A DNA stretch of 64,000 nt, taken from the NCBI GenBank assembly GCA_009103225.1, contig RHPI01002503.1, forward strand, positions 437,562 through 501,561. Reading direction: 5' to 3'. Positions 12,376 to 23,464 of the stretch are shown in pieces. The position numbers were made by a program, and so were the translations under genes. The stretch's first letter is position 1. Each line of letters begins with the position of its first letter. This stretch comes from Chlorokybus atmophyticus. Lineage: Eukaryota; Plantae; Mesostigma and Chlorokybus algae. Below the pieces are notes generated by a model. That model did not search any database and was not told the DNA's origin. It worked only from the letters and a program-made list of their open reading frames with translations.

Positions 12376-15339
12376 GCTGCAAAGAAAGTAGGAGGGGGGC
12401 GAGCAAACAACAACTACAGCTTGCTTGCTGCAACAGCTGCTCTCAACCCTAAACGCCTCCGCCTTGCAGACTCAAGCAGCGCAGTGCTCCGCCGCTTCTG
12501 CAGTTGCAGCAGGCGCCCATGGCGCCTGCCCCTTCCACTACCAGCTCAATAATGTAACGTGTGCAAGCAGCATCTGTGCTTGTAAACAGCTCGCAGACAC
12601 CGCCGCCCCCGCCGGTGCCACCGCCACCGTCGCCAACCTGACCGACATGCTGCTGATTGCAGCCCTTCAGCTTGGGACTGCAGCTGCGTCGACTGGTTGG
12701 ATGTCAGTCCTGTCGACGCACTCGGCAGAGCTGTCGACGCAGCAGTCTGCGTGCTTCGATGCTTCGATGCATGCAGCATCAGTGGTGCATGCCATAGTGG
12801 CATTGCCATTGGCATGCCCATGCCATATGATACATGCAATCACAAGCTACAATATGTCTCCATCAGCGGTACGTCTTATATACATAAAAATGTTATGTAT
12901 ATAACGATATGCAATAAGCCCAAAGAGAACCAGGTATGTTTACAACAATCTCGGTCAATCTTCATGATGTGGTGAGATTCATATTATCATCATGTGGGTG
13001 TCATTGTGGATATTATGATATTTTGCAACACTTGACATGCTATTAAACAATGTTGTTAAATGATATTAATTGTATCAGATCTGTGATTGCATGCGCAACC
13101 ACAATTAGCGTAATATGTACATTGCGGTCGAAAAGAATTTTCGTTATACATGATGCATATTTTACGATATAATTATTTTGCTAAATACTTTGGTATGCGA
13201 AGTCTCGCATCAATGAAGACAAATGTTGTGCAACGGATTCTCATCAACAGCAAGTCCTTCCGTTTAAGAATTGAAAACCATATAATACAAAATCAATGTA
13301 TTCTTTTGCTGCATAGAAATTATGTTGTGAAGCACATCACGCAAGTCTTGCATGCATCTTGCAATGCAAGACTTGCGTGATGCTTTACGTAAGATTTGTT
13401 TGAACTTGATAAACATATAATACACATGGATTGCATATAATAGCAATATCATGTCTCATACTGTTTTAATGACGCACTGCTGAAATAATTTTAACATGAA
13501 AACATGGTCTCTTATGATTGGTGTACCATGCCTCACTTACTTACTTGCTGCATGTAGCTAGCGTGCACGCCTTGGCAAACTTACGCATAAGCATTAGAAA
13601 TTACAACACCTAGCAGAAGCCCTGCTATAGCTAGCCTCAACATAGACAATGCTATACACCTCACCTCCACCCTCGGGCACACACACGCCTTGCACACACA
13701 CACACATGCACACACTCACACTCAGCGTGCCCACACACACTTGCAGGCACACATGTGCACACAACATTACCATTTTGTCTACAAACACTACCTCCCACGT
13801 GGGATGGTAGGGAGACCTTTATAAAAGCTGTTAAAGTTCAACAGTTACTATTACTAGTAGCCATGCACCCTACACACAAGTAGTAAGCCTAGCGTACTGC
13901 TAGTAGCAGTGACTAGCAAACACATGATGCCCACCGTGGGCAGTGACTAGCAGCCGCAATTGAGCTTATACATCCCTATTGCTCTCCAATTCAACACACA
14001 CCGATGACTCACAAGGCCGTTGACAGTGTGCGCTACTCTGTCAACACATGATGACATCATAATATTCCCTGCAAAGGGATTATGAAACTTCACTCCAAAA
14101 AAACTAACCTGCCTCGACCGCAAGATTATCATTCTGACACGACAGGTTCACACTATCACATCAGCAAATTCAAGTACACATATACTTGTGGACTGTCAAA
14201 GCTTACAATTTTTGCTGAGATTGTCACTCCGTTAGCAATCCGCAAGCCAACCTGCGATTTCCCATGTGGGCTCGTGCTCACTTTGTTGAAGTTGATACTT
14301 CACGTGGCAGTTTGCAATGCGCTATTGAAGGCTTACAAGCCATAGACATTTACTCGCTGCATGCTAGCCCTCATCAATGCCGTGTGTAGTTTGTCCTAGT
14401 GAAGGCCTTCAAGTTGTAGGCGCAAAGGTAGACCTACATGAGAGCATACCTCATAAGCACTACACATGCGTACAAAGTATGTTCCCACTTGGCCTCTTAC
14501 GAAGTGCAAGTACGAGTTATACTTACACAAATAAGGAACGGAGAATGACTTTCCGTCACCCGTAAAGGCGTAACATTTACATTTCAAAAAAGACTTTCCG
14601 CAATATATACCCACAAGGAGATAAACGTGTCTCCTTGAGCGAAAATGTATGAGGCACTCAAGAAAGTGCCACGTTTCTTTGGTAAACATGGTTGGTCTAT
14701 TGCCATGGCAAGACAAAAGTAAAATATTATGCCGCTTCATATTCATCAATGATGAATATGTTTGTTGATAGCGACACGTTATTGGTATAAGTATGTGTAA
14801 CATAATGTTGTGTCGCGCTTGTAATTCTTTGCCCACATTATTTGCACGCAATCAATGTGCAATGCAGATTGCAGAGATTGTAGTTTGATGACGCACATAT
14901 TGTAGAAGTTCTAGCGGTCAATAAAGCAAAAGGGATAATATCCTCACTTAACATTGGTATAATGTCCAATAATATGTTGCTGTACGACGCTAAACCGCAT
15001 AACATGTGTAAGTGAATGTGAGCTTACATTAAATGACTTCTACCTTAATTCATTTAAACCCGCCTATTACTCAACTATTCAGCACATTAAGACATAATTT
15101 TGGCTGAACAACATATGCACCGATCATGAAATTGAATACATATATTACATGGGCAACGAGCTATCACGTGAGCCGAGTGCACTTTATATACACATGTGCG
15201 TCACATATTTGCTAGCTTGAGACTTCAACAAGCAAGCAAGATCTGATAAAATATACGTGTCTTGACGTTATACCGCATTCTTGATATATTGCATTTTATG
15301 CTCCCAACACTCCAAAAGATTCGTCGCAAAATGTTTCCC

Positions 15340-17010
15340 CTGCCGGCCGATTAATACTAGTAACAGCCGTGCACCTGAGGATACTCATTTGGACTGTGGT
15401 GGCTCAGTCCACATGTAATCTTGATATAGAGACCTGAGTATAACGGCTGTCCCCGGCCGTTTACACAAAGGGACTGACCTAGACGGACAGTCACCTGTCA
15501 GGTTCTTATCTGTCAAGCAAAAGGGACTTGATCTTACTAACCGGTACCTGTAAGATACCTATCAATCAAGCAAAGGTGACTTAGCCTAACCAACAGGTAT
15601 CTGACCGGTACCAATCAGTTAGGTACCGGCAACTTTGTGGTAACTATTACTAACTGCCAGGTACCTAGTTATGACTAACGGTACCTTAGAAGCCCGTCAG
15701 TGATGAGTAGGTACCGCGTTAATGTGACACGACTGTGCAAGACGGCAATCATATATCACAACTTGATTACATCACAGTCATATACATGTCACCTACACAG
15801 TACAAGCCCCACTACTAACATATTACGGTATACTACTACACTACTACGGTAGTAGTACGACCTACTACACTACAGTCTGCCGCCACGTTTTGTGCTGCCG
15901 CTTGCATGCTGCTTCCGCCCTCCTAGACTGGCCGTCCTGAGGAAAGAGGGGCGGTCAGCTGGGGCGGCGCAACACATTATATACACACCACTACCACCAC
16001 AACAACAAAAACAACAGCGCACCTGCTGGCGGCCGCCGCCGCCGCGTGGCCTGGCCTGGTGGCCGCCGTGCAACACGGGTGGAAGGGTGGAAGGGCGGTC
16101 AGGCTGCGCTGCTGCGCACTACACGACAAGACATGCACAAGCACACAAGCACATACTTGCCGCCGCCGCCACCGCCACCGCCGCCGCTGAAGCAGCACAA
16201 CGCTCAATTGCGCAAGTCAACTTGCACAGTTGAGCGTTGTGTTGCGGCTTAGCGTTTGAATTCACAAGGGGGCCGTTGAGTTCAAAAACTCAACGGCTTC
16301 CCTTATAACACCATCGTACCATTGCGATGGTACTTTTATGGTACATAAGTACCATTATAATGGTACCATTGTAATGGTATTGCTGTACCATATCCATGGT
16401 ACAATCGTACCATTGTCTTGAGACGAAACTTCCATCGTATCATATATCGGTACTTGTCCCAACTCACCGCCACCGCTCGTCCCTAAGTTGGACTGATAAA
16501 TCACTTGCTTGCCATTTTTTATACATCACCGTCGCAAAATGCTATACGACTGGCGGTCGGTCGTATTAACTACTTAATTATTCCGTATCATTCGTTAAAA
16601 CTAGGGGATTGAGAGGTGACTTTATTGCCATAACAAATAGGTCGCCGCCGCGGGTGCTGTACGACCGGCGGTCGACCGTCGACATATATTACAAGCGGGT
16701 CATGACAGGCAGGCGGCAGTTCATTATATTATACGATAGGCCATCGGCCGTTGATTGTTATCCACAATATACACCGGCAGTCCAGTCAGTCCCTTTATGG
16801 CCCAAGTCGTCCGGGTTAGGTACGATCAGGTAGGGTCAGGCACTCGTCAGTCCCTCGGTCCCTGGTCAGTCAGCGTGTAAAATTTGCGATGTTATAACAG
16901 TTGTACAATGTACATATAACAATTCCAACTCCAATTTACACAGCAATCAGCTTCTGATAACATGTTCGAGCCTTCCGTTATAAGCTTATGAAAGGCTCGA
17001 ACATGTTGTC
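15340..17010. repeat. Palindrome- and short-repeat-dense island, probably nested non-autonomous transposon remnants
   Basis: Six GGTACC sites at 15543-15715, hairpins at 16192-16245, 16272-16297, 16544-16566 and 16956-17010, and a heptamer array at 16316-16413. No recognisable protein. Confidence 0.6.
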
Positions 17011-18421
17011 ACAATGACCACAAGCTTACCACACACAAGGTATGATATATTAATCCAGGCACAACAAGCACATGTGTGGAGTAAACCGTAGAGTAATGTG
17101 CAGAGCAAACATTGAAACAGATTTGAAATAGACAACAACGGCAATGGCAATAATTATAGCAACAACAAGAGCAAGTGCATAAACAAGATGCAATGGGCTG
17201 CACCGGGCCCCTACATGTCATAAATTACCATTTGCATGCGTTGCTTCGTACATAGCATGCATAGTTGCCAGCTGAAGCCGCAAATCAGTTGTTTTCAACT
17301 GATGCACTGGTGATGTAACTATCTCAATGGTTTTATACAAGGGTTTGCTGACAAGCACCATTGCATTGCATACAGTCACCCAACGAAGTATGTAGCCTAT
17401 GCTGCGCTTTGCATATAATCCGCAGAGTGTACCAAAGAGGCGTAGATGATTAAGCACATGCACATATGTATAAGCATGCAAGCAATCAACCACTATCACA
17501 ACTCACCCAACTTGACCACCGGGGTAAGCCAGTGTACATGATATGTATGTGCTGTTGTGCGTTGTGTGATACGTCTCAATGTACTGCGATCAAGTGGTGG
17601 GGCTGGTAATAGCAAGTATATTGCAAGAGCAAAGAGCATGATAGAACGAGCTAGCCCAAGCTCTTAAACATGCACACCTGCTCCTCGTGCTTGAGACATA
17701 ATGGACTATGCTAAGACATGCATGCATGCGTGGTACACGGGGTTTGAGCCAGAGGAGTAGTAACCGAGGTAGATTACTAGCTGTTGTGACTGGTTGGCCC
17801 GGTTGTTGTGTAAGTAAGTGTTGGTGTTCAAGACTAAGGTGTATAGGGTATGTGAAGTGCTGTGTGAGACACACGCATACATATGCCACATGCACACCAA
17901 CACTCACATGCACACTACCAATTCAGTTTATCAAGTTGTACACCATCACTGCGCTATGCATGTGGCGCTGTTGGGTTCTATGCCTTGTGCATGCCGCTAG
18001 TTGTGCCTTAGTTCTTTATATACCACTGTGGTAGTCACTTGCTATGATACAATCAAGGTGAGGCGACGAGTAGCAATGATTATGTTTAATAAGCTCATAT
18101 GTATACAAAAAATGCAAATGATCATGATACATGCTCCGTACACACAATGATTGTTTGTAAACATGTATTTTATGCATCCATACTATGTCGCCTACATCGT
18201 ATGCACGTGAAATGCACAATACTGTCATGATGTGCGCACGTGCAGGCATGGGAGCTCCTACCACACGAAGGCTACAATTCTTAGTACATGTATGTACATG
18301 TAACCACACCAGCAGCTAACAAGCAAACTCTTAAGAAGTCCCAATGTTTGTCTACAAAACCGCACCACACTTGCAACCTAAGTCACAACTCTAGCTAATT
18401 TCAAGGCGTGTAGGCAAGTGA

Positions 18422-21400
18422 CTAGCCACACACTGGTACAAACAAGACCCACGTGACTGTGAATGCAACAACACTGTACACAGCAACTGCCACCGCCGCT
18501 CCCTTGGCCGCCCCGTTGATCAACCTTTGTGCTTGAATGAGCGAGTTGCCAATGACATTGAAACGTTGCTGACTTGAGGCCTTTACCAAGTGCGTGGTAC
18601 CCGCATTGATTTGCCACGAGGAGTCGGAGGGCTTTGTCTCGTAGTCCCGCGAGTCGATGGTGGACACATACACCCAGCCACCAACTGCGCGTTGCTTGTT
18701 CACATCGAGAACGAGGTACCCGCGGTCGACCAAGTCAACAAACTTGAGATGTGGGAGTAAGTGGTACGCTGCAGGCTGTACAGCGGTTTCGATGATGTCC
18801 ACAAACGTATTTTGCCTGCACAGATGAGAGGTAAGTACGACACTGGGGTGTGAGCATGTTTGTGTGAATGGTTGTGACACGCACGCAATGGGAATGAAAG
18901 GGGAAGTGACGGAGGTGCATACAAACTCCACCGCATAAGAGCCTTCTCCGGTGTCGGCGTTGTAGCCACTAATGGCGTTCTCGTCATTTGAGTCGGGTAG
19001 AGGCACATCAAATGCCCTGACAAAGCATCAGATGAGCAAACAGGCAACCATACAATATGTACGCAGCAGCAGCAGCAGTTGTCCACATACTAGTCACTCA
19101 CCAGGTTGAGTGGATGTCCCCAGTCAGGATGATGGTGTTGTTGATGTTGTTGTCCCTGAGGAATGTCAACACGTCCCTTCGATCAGCTGCAACGGGGACG
19201 TTATCGCTTACGCAGAAGTCACATGCAGCATGCAAACCACGGATCAGATGCCACGTACTTGGGTATCCGTCCCACCAGTCAATGCGAATGCTGAGAAGGC
19301 CCCCCGCGTACTCCGGACAATCGGCTTGGTCATCGGCAATGTGCTGCAAAAACACAGTGCGGTGATGCAAGTGACTGCAAGTGACAGTGAAGCCCATAGT
19401 TGTGGACGCATCAACAAAGAGTTTATCACAGTGAAGCCCGCGCGCATGCAGCATTTCTTCCAGTGATACCACCATGCATACACACTGTGTTCGTGTGCCA
19501 AGCCCTTGGAAGCAAGCAACAAACAACTGAGGTTCAGCACAACATTCAGCGGCGGAGACCCGCTGTACAGAACAGTTGTGAGACCTTCATGCATATTTAT
19601 TTGTCTCAATTGCTGTCTGAGTCCGAGAATTACCCACCCGAACGGCCTCCCTGATCCGGTCAGTCAACTGCGAAAAGACCACCTGCAGCGATCGAACACG
19701 CGTGATTGCCAGTCATGCCACCAACCATTGTTCAATGCAAGTCAACAAGAGAGAAGGTTTACTTGCTATAAACACTCGGCTTGAAAACGTCCAAGCTACC
19801 CACCTGCTGGCCAATGATGCGCCAGGTGGCGCCACGATTGACGGAGTTTTGCAGGTTGTCCTTAAGCCAAGTTTTCTGCTCATCTCCAAGCATCCGTGAG
19901 CTGTGCGTAGGATTCCAGATATGAGTACAGCCGCACTTATATGCAAACCAAGCGTGCAAGTGTGCAAATTACTTCTGAATCTCAGTTTCGTTGTTGAAGA
20001 GCGGCTGCTGCGTTCGAGCCAACAGGCGTGTGTCCAGCATCATCAAGTCGATGAGGTTGCCGAATTGGAAGCGTTGGTAGATGCGGTCATCGGTGTAGTT
20101 GTCCAGCGGATCCTGCGCCACAGCCAAAACCATTCATGCACGCCTCCACTCAGTTGCTCACACAATAATGCAGAGTCGCCAGGTATGGTACCGTGCGTGA
20201 TGGTAAGTACTCGTGATGTGCGCGAATAGCTGCAGCTTTGCGCACATCCCACGGGCCTGTGAAGCAACACAACTCAGCAGTCGTAGATCAAGCTAATAAT
20301 GCTGATGTCCAGAGCAGCAGGTCTATGTTAGCTTTCCAAGCAAGTGTTGGTACAGACTGCCAACCCAAAAGACAATTCCGGCATGCGCACCTTGGGTTTC
20401 AGGGTTGTGGTTCTGCGCTCCACAGCAGTAAGCGTTATTGGCTGCATCGTGATCATCCCAGACAATTATCATCGTGTAGTTGGCACTCAGAGCGATGAGA
20501 TCTTGGTCCGACCTGTACTGCCTGTGCCGAATCCTGCAGCAACCAGTTCTCAACAAAGTAAGCACGCACTCTCGCACGCTCATGCACTTGTTCCTACGCA
20601 CATGCAAGCGCATGCTCACGCACATGCAGACACGCACATGCACGCACACAACCGCATGTACTAACTCAGCTCCAACTATTCTGGCCTGTAGCTGGACAAG
20701 TTGTAAGCGTCCACGTTGGGTGCTGGCACCCGGGATGGATCATTTGCCTCTCCGTACTCTCCATTCGCATACTCGTATACCTGCAAGAATACAACCACAG
20801 TCAACATTGCTTTACCAATGCCACGGATTCAAGATGGAAACGCAGTGCCAGCACAACTGCTGATCGCGTAGGTACCCAGTCACCAAGGTGGAGGACATAG
20901 TCGATGTCAGTGCGGCGCGAAATGTCCTGCATGCCAGTGACAATCAGCTTGAATCAACTTTAGGTAGACTGAAAACCGGTGTGGTGGCAAGGCATGTGCG
21001 TCTTATGGGAACCTGATACACGTTGAAGTAACCGAAGGGCAGGTTGGAGCAGGAGACCACTGCAAAGCGGACACTGGTGACATCCGCATTGGCGGGCGGC
21101 AGCGTGCGCGCGCGGCCAATTCTAGACTGATCGCTGCCGACGCTGAACTGGTAGTAGTAAGTCTGGTTTGGAGAGAGGCCGCTGGCATTCACCTGCGCAT
21201 ATTGTAGAACATTGCCATGCATGTACGTGATATTGATGACTACATCTGGCACGTGGACTATGGGAGACCTGGTCCTCACCTTCACGGTGTAGTCCACGTT
21301 GGCGTTTGTGGTTGTCGTGCCTTGCGTGACAGGGCTCCCAAGTGTATTAGCGATGCTGACAGTGTAGTTCACTGCAATGTTGCCTGACCGCCCTGCCATG

Positions 21401-21995
21401 AAGAACGATAAGTTGTCTGGTGTGCACTTCATCGTCTTTAACAACACCACATGAACAAGCACACACGCACCAGTGGTGGGCTGAACACGGGTCCAAAGGA
21501 TAACAGTGGTCTGTTGTGGATCACCGCTCGCTACACCCTGTTAGCAGTTGATGATTTAGTTGAAGCCACTCTGTTGATGGACACGCAGAAGACTGAGACA
21601 GCAAACATCATCCTGCATGCCTGCGGGAAAGGCTGGCCTTCGTTGAACACAAAGTTGTCGTTTTGAGCCGTGTCACCAGCTTGCAGTAGCCCCCTCCGGC
21701 CCCAACCGTGCCTGTGTATATGACACAAGCTATGCTTGATGCTCATAGCAGCATTGAGTTACACCCACTGCAAGTAGGTATGCTTGTGTGTGCATTGGTT
21801 TTTGTTCTTTGTGACAGTGCAGCTGCATGTGCTTCTGCCTACTTACTCTGTAGTGGAGGCTGCCAGCTCTGGTCTGCTTACTGGCCATGGAGACGCAAAG
21901 GCGAGGTTGGGTGTATGAGGTCGGCATGCTGCTTGGCCAACGCTGCACACTATGAGCACCGCGAAGTACACAGGAAGCCATTCCCGGCAGTCCAT
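18422..21995 (-). CDS. phoD: PhoD-family alkaline phosphatase, paralogue 1 (signal peptide, hydrophobic C-terminal tail)
   Basis: About 15 exons: MDCREWLPVYFAVLIVCSVGQAAC..., FPQ|GVASGDPQQTTVILWTRV, RFAVVSCSN, DYVLHLGDW|VYEY, IVWDDHDAANN, MLDTR, WWDGYP, ILTGDIHSTW, EFVCTSVTSP; ends VAVYSVVAFTVTWVLFVPVCG*. Confidence 0.92.
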
Positions 21996-23464
21996 GTTGC
22001 AGTGTGAGCAGCTGAAGCTGGGGGGGAACGAGCGTTCAGGCTTTCACCTTTATGCGGACTGCACGGAGCATGCACACCACTCAGCATGCATGCAAGTAGA
22101 ATTGCACCCAGTCAACAACTGCTTGCGTCAACGACAGCTGACACCTTCGATGAAAATCACTAGCACTGTGCCAATTGCCACCAGCAAGCATGCAATGCTT
22201 GCAGGCTTGCTCAACCGTCCAGCCACTTACAACAACAAGCACACCCACGAAGCATCAACCACAGCGACCAGGTCGTCTCGCAGTGACGCTTTATTGCAAG
22301 CTCACCACCGATTAGTTAACGCAGAGGCGGAAGCAAAGGCGGTCACCACCACCAAGCCGTCAGCAAGGGTGTCAGCTACGCCCAACCCACCAGCGCACGC
22401 GTGTACCGTTACCACCACCACCTAGGCCACCCTCGCCGCAGCACCGCAGACGCCTTGCCCCAGCCCCAGCAACTTGCCTGCGGAGTGTGTGAAAGTGCTA
22501 GCGCACCTTCACGTCCGCGTGTGACGCAAGCTCAGGCCCATTGGACCCGCCCTGTCTCACGTCAGCACAGCCGGTACCATCTTCATGGTGGCCCTATCAA
22601 GAAGATGGTGCCGACGCGTGCCGGAGTGTGAGGTGCAGTCACTGGCACTGACAGGCTCTCATGCACAGAATGCGAGTCAGGTGCAGGCCTGAGCCAAGCC
22701 ACGGTTCAGCCGGTCGCCTTGGAGTCATCGTTCTGAGTGAAGGGTCATTACGACCAGTGCCGGCAATCGCAGTGTGTTGTTAACGTCGTCATTGGCATGA
22801 CCTGTGGTCATGACAGTGTATGATTGAGACAATACAGTGGTATGTGCAGCGCACTCGTAAGCATCCCACAGAGAGTAGTAGTAAGGGGGGGTTTTGCTTG
22901 GGCAGACAGCGGGTCTGTTACACCACGCTATTCTATACCTGCACCAGGCTATCCCCCCGTCGGCCCAGGTACTCGTTGCGTGTGGAGTAGCTGGGATAGG
23001 TGATAGAAGCAATCAAGGCAGATAGGAAGGTCGTCAAACATAAGTAGATGAAGCTCCATGACAACACGTGATGATAACACACTTCCATGGCAATAGGGAA
23101 CCTTCCTCTGCCGTTAGGCTCGCGACTTCAAACGAAATACATGCGTGCGCACCGGCACACCGACGGCGAGCTTTGGCCTGCAGTCTCCAGGCCGACCAAA
23201 TGTCTCTGTGATACCGTTGAACAGTAGCAGGGAGTACCGGGTCAGCTCTCAGTACATGCATGGCGGCAGCACACACAATGGCACATTGATAACCACACTC
23301 GCGTGTGAGGACAACTCTTTGAAGAACGCATGTTCAAAGTAGGTCATACACGACGTGTGCACTCGCGCTGATACTCGCACCGTACGTCACCCAAGGTTGA
23401 CTACAAGGGCTCAGCAAAGTTGCAGCCCGAATCAACAAAGGAAACAACTAGCCACATACCACAC

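Noticed and set aside
16316-16413. CRISPR-like repeat-spacer reading of the heptamer array
   Set aside because: Repeats are 7 nt, spacers 4 nt, orientation flips, there are no cas genes, and the context is eukaryotic.
22000-23400. PHR1/PSR1-type P1BS (GNATATNC) sites upstream of the PhoD genes
   Set aside because: None found by eye in either upstream region; a lone CACGTG near 23066 is expected by chance.
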